Below, in pieces: positions 19,946-29,356 of a stretch of DNA of 64,000 nt. How positions within the stretch are numbered: the stretch's first letter is position 1; every line of letters starts with the position of its first letter. The DNA is from Salinivirgaceae bacterium. GTDB lineage: Bacteria > Bacteroidota > Bacteroidia > Bacteroidales > SZUA-534. The DNA is taken from NCBI GenBank assembly GCA_041664345.1, contig JBAYKX010000012.1, positions 4,781 to 68,780 of the forward strand, written 5' to 3'. A model generated the notes under the pieces. That model was given only the letters and a program-made list of their open reading frames with translations. It was not told the DNA's origin and did no database searches. The position numbers were made by a program, and so were the translations under genes.

Positions 19946-19982
19946 ACAAGTTTCTATTTGTATCGTAAATATAGAAAATAAG

Positions 19983-21308
19983 TTAAACCCCAATCCCCTT
20001 AATAAGTTTGTATAAATCGAGGGCATACAAATCGGTCATGCCGGATACAAAATCGAGTACCGATCGTATCCGTTCATAATCGTTGCTGTGAGTTTCCTGA
20101 TATTGTTGAGGCAAAATTGAAAGCAGTTTTTTTGAATAGATGCCACGGGGTTCAAATATAGCACCCATATACTCAGTTAATAAGGTGTTCAGCACATTGT
20201 ATCCGGTAATTTCCACTTCAATTACCGAACGGTGGTTATAAATTTCATTCCAGGCAACGGTTGAACAATCCGAAAGGGCCTGTCTTGATGCACCCACCAA
20301 CCCATCAGCCAGAGTTCCGGGAAAGCTTCCCCTTAATAGGAGTTCCTCATTTTCAATAAAGAGTATCGCCACCTGATGCACCAAATGATTGATAACCGAT
20401 GCCCGTAAGAAAGCAATCTGTTCGTTGCGATCGGTAACTTCTTTATAAATTTGATTCTTTTTCTCAATAAATGCCTTTTCAGTCGAGGGATCAAAAAACG
20501 ACATCAACAAATCGGTGGTCCGCTCTGTGGACAATATCCCAAGCTTGTGTGCGTCTTCAATATCCATTATTTGATAGGAGATATCATCGGCAGCCTCGAC
20601 CAAATAAACTAAAGGATGGCGAAAATAGGAACCCACCCCTTTTAAATCGGGAATTAATCCTGTTTTGTTAGCGATTTCGGAAAAAATTCCTTTTTCTGTA
20701 TCAAAATAGCCGTACTTGTTTTTTTTAGTCCGCTCCAAAGAACTAAACGGGTATTTAACCACACTGGCTAGCGTAGCATAAGTTAGAACAAAACCCCCTT
20801 TTCGGCGGCCATTGAAGGTGTGGGTAAGCAACCGCAGGGCGTTGGCATTTCCTTCAAAATGGTTCAAATCGGCCCATTGCGCTGGGGTTACCGGGTTTTT
20901 GAACAGTGCTCCGGTACCCAATCCAAAGAAATCGGAAATGGCTTTTTCCCCTGCATGTCCAAACGGTGGATTTCCCATGTCGTGCACCAGGCTTGCTGTG
21001 GCAACAATGGAACCAATTTCGCTAAGTAATAATTGGTTTGGGTTCTTTTTTATTAAATCAGATGCTACCCGGTTTCCTAACGAGCGGCCTACGCTTGCTA
21101 CTTCGAGGCTGTGGGTTAATCGGTTGTGTACAAAAACACTTCCGGGCAAAGGAAAAACCTGTGTTTTGTTTTGCAACCTCCGGAATGGAGAAGAAAAAAT
21201 GATGCGGTCGTAATCACGTTGAAATTCCGACCGGAATAAATCGGGCTCCGTAATCGCCGGATTATCTTTTCCAAATCGGGCAGGGGACAAAAGTTTATCC
21301 CATTTCAT
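19983..21308 (-). CDS. dgt: dGTP/dNTP triphosphohydrolase (HD domain)
   Basis: RLTHSLEVASVGRSLG and HDMGNPPFGHAGE HD-domain motifs. ATG at 21308. Confidence 0.9.
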   Translation of the reverse strand: MKWDKLLSPARFGKDNPAITEPDLFRSEFQRDYDRIIFSSPFRRLQNKTQVFPLPGSVFVHNRLTHSLEVASVGRSLGNRVASDLIKKNPNQLLLSEIGSIVATASLVHDMGNPPFGHAGEKAISDFFGLGTGALFKNPVTPAQWADLNHFEGNANALRLLTHTFNGRRKGGFVLTYATLASVVKYPFSSLERTKKNKYGYFDTEKGIFSEIANKTGLIPDLKGVGSYFRHPLVYLVEAADDISYQIMDIEDAHKLGILSTERTTDLLMSFFDPSTEKAFIEKKNQIYKEVTDRNEQIAFLRASVINHLVHQVAILFIENEELLLRGSFPGTLADGLVGASRQALSDCSTVAWNEIYNHRSVIEVEITGYNVLNTLLTEYMGAIFEPRGIYSKKLLSILPQQYQETHSNDYERIRSVLDFVSGMTDLYALDLYKLIKGIGV

Positions 21309-21340
21309 GATTTTTTGGTTGCGTTGCAAAAGCTCGCGAA

Positions 21341-21949
21341 TTAAAGTTCTTTTTGAAGTGTTTTTCTGAAAAACACCAAAATCATAAGCATCCCGGTACT
21401 TATGGATGCATCGGCAATGTTAAAAACCGGACGAAAGAATATAAATTGCTCTGAGGGATTAATTGGAGACCAGGAAGGCCAATGGGTATTTATTATAGGA
21501 AAATATAACATGTCAACAACCTTTCCTTGTAAAAAACTGGCGTAACCGCCCGCTTGTGGTAAAAATTCGGCTATTTGGTAATTGCTGTGATTAAAAAAGA
21601 TTCCATAAAAGGCGCTGTCGATAATGTTTCCTGTTGCACCTGCAAAAATTAGGGAAACGGCAATCAGAAAACCGATTCGGACTTCTTTTTTCACCAATTT
21701 GGTTAAGTAATAAGCAATGAAAATTACGGCTACTATTCGAAAAACACTGAGCAGGTACTTACCAAATTTTCCAAAAAACTCCAAGCCAAAAGCCATTCCG
21801 TTATTTTCGGTAAAATGAATAATGAACCAGTTGCCCGCAACATGGTATTCCTGGCCAATCATCATGTTGGTTTTAATCCAAATTTTGAGAATTTGGTCGA
21901 ATAGTAAGACAAGTAGAATAACAAGAATTGATAAACGCCCTTTTGACAT
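21341..21949 (-). CDS. lspA: lipoprotein signal peptidase (signal peptidase II)
   Basis: Four TM segments, GNIIDS and FNIADASI catalytic Asp motifs. Confidence 0.9.
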   Translation of the reverse strand: MSKGRLSILVILLVLLFDQILKIWIKTNMMIGQEYHVAGNWFIIHFTENNGMAFGLEFFGKFGKYLLSVFRIVAVIFIAYYLTKLVKKEVRIGFLIAVSLIFAGATGNIIDSAFYGIFFNHSNYQIAEFLPQAGGYASFLQGKVVDMLYFPIINTHWPSWSPINPSEQFIFFRPVFNIADASISTGMLMILVFFRKTLQKEL

Positions 21950-21974
21950 GGTTTATATTGTATTTATAAAATTG

Positions 21975-22003
21975 AAAAAGAGGGAACCTTTTGATTCCCT
22001 CTT
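21975..22003 (-). terminator. rho-independent terminator after the dksA-like gene
   Basis: On the minus strand: aagagggaa-tcaaaagg-ttccctctt followed by tttttcaatttt. Confidence 0.6.
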
Positions 22004-22025
22004 ATATACTTTTTAACAAGTTTTT

Positions 22026-22412
22026 TTATTTCTGATTCCTTTTAGCATCAATACTTAAGGTAGCATGAGGCACAGCACGCAAACGATCTTTAGAAATCAA
22101 TTCTCCGGTTTCACGGCAAATTCCATAAGTTTTGTTTTCGATGCGGATTAAAGCAGCCTTTAAATGTTGAATGAACTTTTCTTGTCGTTGGGCTAACTTC
22201 CCTGTTTCTTCGCGTGATAGCACCATAGCTCCTTCTTCCAAAACTTTAAAAGTAGGAGAAGTATCCAAAGTGTCGTTTCCATCGGAATGCGAAAGGGCGC
22301 TTTTCAAGGTGTCATAATCTTTCTGTGCTTTATCTAGCTTGTCCGCAATAAGTTGCTTAAACTCAGCAAGCTCATCATCGGAATATCGGGTTTTAATTTT
22401 TTCGTCTGTCAT
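22026..22412 (-). CDS. DksA/TraR-family transcriptional regulator
   Basis: Coiled-coil N-terminal half. C-terminal YGICRETGELISKDRLRAVPHATLSIDAK is the Bacteroidota-type DksA/TraR C4-like region. Confidence 0.8.
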   Translation of the reverse strand: MTDEKIKTRYSDDELAEFKQLIADKLDKAQKDYDTLKSALSHSDGNDTLDTSPTFKVLEEGAMVLSREETGKLAQRQEKFIQHLKAALIRIENKTYGICRETGELISKDRLRAVPHATLSIDAKRNQK

Positions 22413-22501
22413 AGCTTTAATTTTTAAAGATGCCTAAAGTAATAAAAAATGCTATCTGCAACTCACACCTCATTCTTTATTTTCCAAAAATTTATTAACA
22501 A

Positions 22502-25500
22502 TTATACCTTAACGATTCTAATGTAAGTAGTTATCGAATCATCGAGTTCTACGAGTTTAGCCGTATTAAGTTCCAAATTTGCAACCAATTCTATTTTTTT
22601 GGCTAAGGTTTGTGCACTAATATAGCTTTTGTGTTCGGTAATGGCTGCTGAAATTTCAGGATGATCCATAATCTGTACCAGTATTTTGTCGGTTACTTCA
22701 AAACCACTGTCTTTCCGCAGGTTTTGGATGCGGTTGATAAATTCACGGGCGATACCTTCGTTTCGCAACTCTTCGGTTACCGTAATATCAATAGCGACGG
22801 TTAACGGGCCATCGTTGGCAACCTGCCAACCTGGAATATCTTCTGAAAGTATTTCCACATCATCGATGGTTATAACTACATCCTGTCCGGCAACCGCGGC
22901 CCTTATTTGGTTTTCGCGTTCCATAGTGGCAATATCAGTTTGGCTCATTTGTCCAATAAAATCGGCAATAGGCTTCATGTTTTTGCCGTATTTGGGGCCA
23001 AGGGTCTTAAAGTTTGGTTTTATCTTTTTTACCAGAACCCCCGATGTGTCATCCAGGTATTCCATGGTTTTAATGTTCACCTCAGCCAGAATGATGTTTT
23101 TAACAGCATCCAATTGGCGGGCGGTGTTTTCATTCAGTACTGGAATCAGTATTTTATTGAGCGGCTGACGTACTTTCAAGCTAACCTTGCGACGTAACCC
23201 AAGCACCATAGATGATATGCGCTGAGCCATGTTCATGCGTTCTTCCAAATCCACGTCAATGTACGATTCGTTTTCAACCGGAAACGTGGTCAGATGAACC
23301 GACATCCCTTGGTTTCGTCCGGTAGAAGTGCTTAAATCTTTAAACAAACGGTCGGTAAAGAAAGGGGCAATTGGGCAAGCCAATACTGCCACGGTTTCCA
23401 AGCAGGTATAAAGGGTTTGATAAGCCGCAATTTTATCTGCGTTGTATTCGCCGCCCCAGAAACGCTTCCGGTTCAGACGAACGTACCAATTGCTTAAGTT
23501 ATCGTTCACAAAATTTTGGATAGCCCGTCCCGCACGGGTTGGCTCATAGGTTTCGTACGATTCTTTAACTTCTTTTATTAAGGAATTCAACAGCGAAATG
23601 ACCCATCGGTCAATTTCGGGACGTTCGTTCAACGGGATTTCCTTTTCACGATAATTGAACCCGTCAACATTAGCGTACAAGGCAAAGAATCCGTAGGTGT
23701 TGTAAAGTGTTCCAAAGAATTTGCGCTTTACTTCATCCACCCCGTCCATATCAAATTTCAGGTTATCCCAAGGCTGCGCATTGGTTATCATGTACCAGCG
23801 CAACGGGTCGGAACCGTGCTTTTCAATAGCATCGAACGGATCCACCGCATTGCCTAACCGTTTCGACATTTTGTTACCGTTTTTATCTAACACCAGTCCA
23901 TTGGAAATAATATTCTTAAAAGCGACACTATCAGAAATCATAGTAGAAACCGCATGTAACGTAAAGAACCATCCACGGGTTTGATCCACTCCTTCGGCAA
24001 TAAAATCGGCCGGATACAATTGGCTGAATTCTTTTTCATGCTCAAACGGCCAGTGCCATTGGGCATAAGGCATTGCACCGGAATCGAACCAAACATCGAT
24101 GAGGTCCTTTTCGCGGAACATTTTATGCCCTTTTGGGGAAACCAATACTATATCATCGACATACGGACGGTGAAGGTCAATTTTGTTGTAGTTTTCTTTG
24201 CTGTTGTTGCCCACCTGAAATCCCTGATACGGATTTTTTTGCATGAAACCGGCCGCTATGGCTTTTTCAATTTCAGCCATCAACTCTTCGGTGGAACCGA
24301 TGCATTTTTGTTCCATGCCATCTTCGCTAATCCAAATAGGAAGCGGTGTTCCCCAATATCGGGAACGGCTCAGGTTCCAATCTACCAAATTCTCCAACCA
24401 TTTGCCAAAACGGCCTTCGCCGGTGCTTTTAGGCTTCCAATTAATGGTTTTGTTGAGCTCAATCATGCGGTCTTTTATAGCCGTGGTTTTAATGAACCAA
24501 CTGTCGAGCGGGTAATAAAGCACGGGCTTATCGGTACGCCAGCAATGGGGGTAATTGTGGATGTGTTTTTCAACTTTGAATGCTTTGCTGTCTTTTTTAA
24601 GCATAACCGAAATATCCACATCCAAGGTAGCATCTTCGTCAACCAAAGTGGCATCATAAGCATTTTTTACAAAACGGCCGGCGTATTCTTTATATAAGCC
24701 AACATTCACAAAATCGGAAACAAAATTGGGATCCAGATCTTCAATTTTGTAGAATTTACCGGTTAAATCAACCATGGGACGAAGGGTACCATCTTTATCA
24801 ATCAACAATAAAGGGGCAATACCCGAAGTTTTGGCAACCCGGTCGTCGTCGGCACCAAAGGTTGGGGCAATGTGCACAATACCGGTACCGTCTTCGGTGG
24901 TTACAAAATCGCCCACTACCACCCTGAAAGCATCGCCCATAGGCTTAACCCAAGGAATCAGTTGTTCGTAGTTGAGTCCTTCCAATTCGGTTCCTTTGTA
25001 TTGGGCAACCTTTTTAAATGGGATTTTTTTATCGCCCGGTTGGTAAGCATTAAACTCCAACTCCGCATTTTTAGGGCTGAAATAATTATCGACTAAATCG
25101 GCGGCCATTATTAATGATACGGGCTCGCCGGTATAAGGATTAAAGCTCTTTATTTTTATGTATGTAATGTTGGAGCCAACTGCCAGTGCGGTGTTCGAGG
25201 GCAACGTCCATGGGGTGGTAGTCCAAGCCATGATGGTGAGTTTTTCAGTTCCCTCGAAAAACCGTTCGCTTTTTGGGTTGCGTACCACGGTAAATTGAAC
25301 CGTAGCCGTGGTATCCTTTACATCTTTATAACATCCGGGCTGGTTCAGCTCATGGGTTGACAATCCAGTTCCGGCAGCAGGCGAATACGGCTGAATGCTG
25401 TACCCTTTATACAACAAGCCTTGGCTGTACATTTTTTTGAGCAGGAACCAAAGCGATTCAATGTAGCGGTTGTCGTAAGTAATATATGGGTCGTCCATAT

Positions 25501-25933
25501 TTACCCAATACCCCATTTTGTGGGTAAGGTCCTCCCAGAGGTCAGTGTATTTCATTACCTCTTTGCGGCAGGCGTCGTTGTATTCAGCCACGGTAATGGT
25601 TTTCCCGATGTCTTCTTTGGTTATGCCCAGCATTTTTTCAACGCCCAACTCCACCGGAAGACCGTGGGTGTCCCAACCGGCCTTGCGTTTTACCTGGTAT
25701 CCTTGTAAGGTTTTATATCGGCAAAAAATATCCTTAATAGCCCGTGCCATCACATGGTGAATTCCCGGCTGGCCGTTGGCCGATGGGGGGCCTTCGAAGA
25801 AAACAAAGGTTTCTTTTCCGGCACGGGTGCTCATGCTTTTGTGAAAGGTATCGTCGTCGGTCCATTCTTTCAATACATCCTTATTTATCTGCGATAAGTC
25901 AAGTTGCTTGTATTCAGGAAATTTGCTGCTCAT
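22502..25933 (-). CDS. ileS: isoleucine--tRNA ligase (long, type 2)
   Basis: PPSANGQPGIHHVMARAIKD (HIGH region), KMSKRLGN (KMSKS), CP1 editing domain length. ATG at 25933 (MSSKFPEYKQLDL). Confidence 0.95.
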   Translation of the reverse strand: MSSKFPEYKQLDLSQINKDVLKEWTDDDTFHKSMSTRAGKETFVFFEGPPSANGQPGIHHVMARAIKDIFCRYKTLQGYQVKRKAGWDTHGLPVELGVEKMLGITKEDIGKTITVAEYNDACRKEVMKYTDLWEDLTHKMGYWVNMDDPYITYDNRYIESLWFLLKKMYSQGLLYKGYSIQPYSPAAGTGLSTHELNQPGCYKDVKDTTATVQFTVVRNPKSERFFEGTEKLTIMAWTTTPWTLPSNTALAVGSNITYIKIKSFNPYTGEPVSLIMAADLVDNYFSPKNAELEFNAYQPGDKKIPFKKVAQYKGTELEGLNYEQLIPWVKPMGDAFRVVVGDFVTTEDGTGIVHIAPTFGADDDRVAKTSGIAPLLLIDKDGTLRPMVDLTGKFYKIEDLDPNFVSDFVNVGLYKEYAGRFVKNAYDATLVDEDATLDVDISVMLKKDSKAFKVEKHIHNYPHCWRTDKPVLYYPLDSWFIKTTAIKDRMIELNKTINWKPKSTGEGRFGKWLENLVDWNLSRSRYWGTPLPIWISEDGMEQKCIGSTEELMAEIEKAIAAGFMQKNPYQGFQVGNNSKENYNKIDLHRPYVDDIVLVSPKGHKMFREKDLIDVWFDSGAMPYAQWHWPFEHEKEFSQLYPADFIAEGVDQTRGWFFTLHAVSTMISDSVAFKNIISNGLVLDKNGNKMSKRLGNAVDPFDAIEKHGSDPLRWYMITNAQPWDNLKFDMDGVDEVKRKFFGTLYNTYGFFALYANVDGFNYREKEIPLNERPEIDRWVISLLNSLIKEVKESYETYEPTRAGRAIQNFVNDNLSNWYVRLNRKRFWGGEYNADKIAAYQTLYTCLETVAVLACPIAPFFTDRLFKDLSTSTGRNQGMSVHLTTFPVENESYIDVDLEERMNMAQRISSMVLGLRRKVSLKVRQPLNKILIPVLNENTARQLDAVKNIILAEVNIKTMEYLDDTSGVLVKKIKPNFKTLGPKYGKNMKPIADFIGQMSQTDIATMERENQIRAAVAGQDVVITIDDVEILSEDIPGWQVANDGPLTVAIDITVTEELRNEGIAREFINRIQNLRKDSGFEVTDKILVQIMDHPEISAAITEHKSYISAQTLAKKIELVANLELNTAKLVELDDSITTYIRIVKV

Positions 25934-26104
25934 TGTATTATTTTTTATGCTCAATTTTAGAACCGACAAATATAGCGTTTGAGTTGATAAATTCAAAACT
26001 ACTTTTTTTGATGTCTCTGAAAAGGGATGTACGATATTTTTCCCGTTTTAATGTTTTTTAGTCTTCGGGATTTGTTTGATTGAAGGCTACCAGGAACCTG
26101 AAAA

Positions 26105-26130
26105 TTTCCGCTGTTGTTTCAGCGGAAGGA
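26105..26130 (-). terminator. second hairpin upstream of ileS (tandem terminator or ileS leader element)
   Basis: Minus strand: ttccgctg-aaacaa-cagcggaa followed by atttt. Confidence 0.35.
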
Positions 26131-26138
26131 ATTGGTTA

Positions 26139-26181
26139 TAAAAAAAAGGGTTGCCACCTTTAATTAGGGCAACCCTTTTAT
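26139..26181 (-). terminator. rho-independent terminator after the 760-aa lipoprotein gene
   Basis: Minus strand: aaaagggttgcc-ctaattaaaggt-ggcaaccctt followed by ttttttt. Confidence 0.7.
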
Positions 26182-26196
26182 ATTAAGAATTTTGCT

Positions 26197-28479
26197 TTAC
26201 CAGCTCAAGCCATAAATAGTAACTCCTCCTTCGATGGACAATTGTCCGGTCCCTATAAAAGTAATGGGTAAATCAGCATCAATATTTCTCCCTTGAAGGG
26301 TTAACCGCAATTCAAGCGGCGATTTATAAATGGTCCAATTGAGATTCTGCAATTCATCGATGGAATACAGATTGTCTTGTGTAAAGTGTAATTTAATTTC
26401 AATGTCGTAAGTTTTATCATCAGGAACTTTAACTGCCAAGCTGTAAGTACTGGTTTTGCTAATATAAGAGCTGTCGGATAAAGCAAGTACATTTTGTCCA
26501 TAGAGGCCACTTTGAGGTATATCAAAGCCGGTTGCATTGCCGTTGGTTAGTTTTTTTGGCCAAGTGGGTTCAAGTGCCCCGTTTTCGTAAATGGAAAGTA
26601 TTACTGGGCTGGAGGTAGATGTCAATGTTGATTGCATTTTAAAGTCTATTTCACCACTTCTTGATGAGGTATATGAAGAAATATACTTATCTCCTTCAGT
26701 TCCTAAATATTCATAGTTCCAACCGGCATTTTCAAACTGAGGAAAATAGGTCCAAAATTGGTTTCCTTTCATTATTACCTTTAAGGAAAACCCATCGGGA
26801 AGTATTGCTTTCATTGAATAATCACCGGAAGGGAAATCGGTATTTTCGTTGCTTAATATATTCAAACCAAAAGTTCCCGATGCAGGATATTCAATGATTG
26901 GATCAAGTCCAGTACTGCTGGTTAAATTCTTGGTCCAAGTTGGTGCAATATCTCCATTTTCATAAACAGTAACAGTAATAGATTTGGAGGATATTATTAG
27001 TTCAGAATGCATCTTAAAATCAATTTCATCACTTCTGGTTGAGGTATATGAATAGACTGAATCATCTCCTTCCTTTCCTAAAAACTCCATGCTCCAACCC
27101 GTATTTCCAACCAGAGGGTAATAGCATCCAAAATCATTGCCTTTGATGACAACCTTTAAGGTAACGCCAACAGGTAAAATTGCTTTCATGGAATAATTTG
27201 CGGCTGGAAAATCGGTGTTTTCAGTGCTCAATATATTTAGTCCAAAAGCTCCCGATGCTGGATATTCAATGATTGGATCAAGTCCGGTGCTGCTGGTCAA
27301 GTTTTTTGTCCAAGTTGGTTCAATATATCCATTTTCATAAACAGTAACAGTAATAGGTTTGGAGGATATTATTAGTTCAGAATGCATTTTATAATCAATT
27401 TCACCACTTTTCGACGAAGTGTAAGAATAGACAAACTCATCACCTTCCATCCCGATAAAATCCAGGTCCCACCCGGTATTTTCGCTTTGTTGGGAATAGC
27501 TCCCAAAATCAACTCCCTTGACAACAACCTTTAAGGAAAACCCGATGGGCAGTATTGCTTTCATGGAATAATCAGCAGTTGGGAAATCGGTGTTTTCGGT
27601 GCTTAGAATGTTCAATCCATAAGCACCGGTAGCTGGGTATTCAATTTTTTCGGTTTGCTCAAAGTTAGAACTATCGATGAAATTGGTAACATGTTTTTCA
27701 AAATCAGCAACCGTAACCATTTGACCCAATGTTTCATAACGAGCCTCAAGGTTGGTTCTGATTTCGCTGAGTTTCAATTTTTTAGCTGAATTCATTAATT
27801 GAGAGCCCAGGAGTTCACTGGTAAGGATTCCATCTTCGCGAATATCGGAGCTTATGTTGGCCAGTAATTCCGATAGTTCGGCAACTGTTAAATAGCCCTG
27901 AAGTATTACTGAAACAGCAATTAAAGCCGCATTTCCTTCCCCCGATTTCGAAATATCCAAAAGTTCAGAATCCGAAACATCATCTAAATTGATGGAAAAG
28001 ATTGCAAGAATTTCAGTTTGTGCCTGTATTTTGGCTGGTTCAAAATCCATTCCTTTGGAAATCAAATATTGTATCCTGCTTTTTTCCAAATATGATAGAA
28101 CATTCACATTCAATGTTGTTTTATTCGAAACATCCGAAATGGCGTAAAGAGTTAGTTGAGCCGAGGATATTTCATTCGTCACTTCATTAAAATAGAAACC
28201 ATCGGCTTTTAATTCAACGTATTTCGAAGAAAATGCAACCTCATTAATTTCGAAAGACCCTTTGTTATCCAAAATTTGAGCAAAATAATTTTTGCCCGTT
28301 TGTGTCTGATCTTTTTTTAATTCGCTAATGGAAACGGAAGTTCCATTTATAAATGGACCTTTTTGAACATGCCCAGAAACGGAAATGGTTGTGGGAACTA
28401 CGTCTGTTTTATTAGAGTCATCGATGCATGAAACTAAAAAAATGGCCATTAGCAGAGACCATAAGTATAATTTATTCAT
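26197..28479 (-). CDS. lipoprotein with three near-identical 125-aa tandem repeats plus one degenerate copy
   Basis: Lipobox IFLVSC. Repeats begin IEYPA(T/S)GA(Y/F)GLNILS(T/N)ENTDFP... and end ...TWTKNLTSSTGLDPI. Confidence 0.8.
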   Translation of the reverse strand: MNKLYLWSLLMAIFLVSCIDDSNKTDVVPTTISVSGHVQKGPFINGTSVSISELKKDQTQTGKNYFAQILDNKGSFEINEVAFSSKYVELKADGFYFNEVTNEISSAQLTLYAISDVSNKTTLNVNVLSYLEKSRIQYLISKGMDFEPAKIQAQTEILAIFSINLDDVSDSELLDISKSGEGNAALIAVSVILQGYLTVAELSELLANISSDIREDGILTSELLGSQLMNSAKKLKLSEIRTNLEARYETLGQMVTVADFEKHVTNFIDSSNFEQTEKIEYPATGAYGLNILSTENTDFPTADYSMKAILPIGFSLKVVVKGVDFGSYSQQSENTGWDLDFIGMEGDEFVYSYTSSKSGEIDYKMHSELIISSKPITVTVYENGYIEPTWTKNLTSSTGLDPIIEYPASGAFGLNILSTENTDFPAANYSMKAILPVGVTLKVVIKGNDFGCYYPLVGNTGWSMEFLGKEGDDSVYSYTSTRSDEIDFKMHSELIISSKSITVTVYENGDIAPTWTKNLTSSTGLDPIIEYPASGTFGLNILSNENTDFPSGDYSMKAILPDGFSLKVIMKGNQFWTYFPQFENAGWNYEYLGTEGDKYISSYTSSRSGEIDFKMQSTLTSTSSPVILSIYENGALEPTWPKKLTNGNATGFDIPQSGLYGQNVLALSDSSYISKTSTYSLAVKVPDDKTYDIEIKLHFTQDNLYSIDELQNLNWTIYKSPLELRLTLQGRNIDADLPITFIGTGQLSIEGGVTIYGLSW
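26512..27636 (-). repeat. 3 x 375-bp in-frame tandem repeat inside the lipoprotein gene
   Basis: Unit boundaries recognised at about 27636, 27261, 26886 and 26511 (gatattcaatgattggatcaag... recurs with a 375-bp period). A diverged fourth unit follows toward 26200. Confidence 0.85.
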
Positions 28480-28691
28480 ACAATAAGAATTGAAGGTTTA
28501 TAGTAAGGCAAAGATAACATTTAAGAGGAATAATAACACCTGTTTTCATTTCAGGGTAATTGTGTGGCAATATTGTTAATTTACCACACGAGGGTATTGC
28601 GGTAGTGGGAAATTACAAATTGTAAGAAAGTTACGTGCGAGCGGGGGATTGTCATTCAAAGGCATAATGGGGAATGTCTGGTTTAAAAGAG

Positions 28692-29012
28692 CTATTTAAT
28701 TATATATACTTTCTTTTTCTCTAAATTAGGCTGTAATTCTATGAACTTGGGAATTAACGGGATAAAATCCTGAAGCCTGTTAAAAATTACATCGAACACA
28801 ACTATGGCAATATCGTATTCTTTAAGGTTTTGCTGATATTGTAAATTTTTATCTACCGTAATCATTACTTCAAAGCCCGATTGGATCGCTACTTTCATCA
28901 AATTACCGTTTTTAAGGCTACTCCAACACATTTCACTGACTGTTCTAACTTCAAAATCTATCAAGTGTTGTTTTAACCTTATTGGAATGCACTCATCAAG
29001 CAATATTTTCAT
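28692..29012 (-). CDS. DUF5615-like PIN-fold putative toxin
   Basis: MKILLDECIP..L...L start and about 106 aa size typical of the DUF5615/Mut7-C-like partner of DUF433. 17-nt overlap with the upstream gene. Confidence 0.65.
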   Translation of the reverse strand: MKILLDECIPIRLKQHLIDFEVRTVSEMCWSSLKNGNLMKVAIQSGFEVMITVDKNLQYQQNLKEYDIAIVVFDVIFNRLQDFIPLIPKFIELQPNLEKKKVYIIK

Positions 29013-29241
29013 ATAATATTTCCGATGAGGCGGTTAATAATTTTTGAGCCGCTATAAGCAAAGCTATTGCCTGTTCTCTTTGTACCGATGGAAAATCCAA
29101 TAAAAATGTTTCCAATGATTCCCCTGTTTCCAGGTAATCAAAAAGATTCTTAACAGGCACCCTTGTCCCTGATATCACAGGCATGCCGCTTAATATCTCT
29201 TTATTAATGGTGATTAGCCCTGTCATAGTTTTTAAATTCAT
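28996..29241 (-). CDS. DUF433-like putative antitoxin
   Basis: LSGMPVISGTRVPVKNLFDYLETGESLETFLLDFPSVQREQAIALL matches the DUF433 pattern (G.P.I.GTR.PV..L...L..G.S.E..L.D.P.L..E.I.A.L). Confidence 0.7.
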   Translation of the reverse strand: MNLKTMTGLITINKEILSGMPVISGTRVPVKNLFDYLETGESLETFLLDFPSVQREQAIALLIAAQKLLTASSEILYENIA

Positions 29242-29270
29242 TTGCTACAAATTTAACGATTTATACCCAA

Positions 29271-29302
29271 ATTGAGCGATTTAAAAAGGCAAATCACTCA
29301 AT
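29271..29302. promoter_or_regulatory. imperfect palindrome upstream of the DUF433/DUF5615 pair (candidate operator)
   Basis: ATTGAGCGATTT-N8-AAATCACTCAAT (11/12 complementary), 30-60 nt upstream of the DUF433 ATG. Confidence 0.35.
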
Positions 29303-29356
29303 CGGCTACGAAAAGCGCTTTTTCGCTGCGCACAAACCGCTCAACTTAGAATAAAG

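Noticed and set aside
19679-20026. 115-aa ORF treated as an independent gene
   Set aside because: Its only sensible part is a lipoprotein signal peptide plus the N-terminal strand of the downstream hydrolase. Interpreted as the frameshifted 5' end of that gene.
22686-25708. Multiple + strand ORFs (up to 238 aa, e.g. 23981..24697, 22686..23168, 25421..25708) inside the ileS region
   Set aside because: All lie antisense within a strongly supported 1143-aa ileS. They have no recognisable motifs. They are typical shadow ORFs of a long gene.
5849-29241. Interpreting HicAB, DUF433/DUF5615 and GxxExxY together as a defence island
   Set aside because: They are 10-23 kb apart, separated by housekeeping genes (glpD, dgt, lspA, ileS). 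No clustering supports an island.
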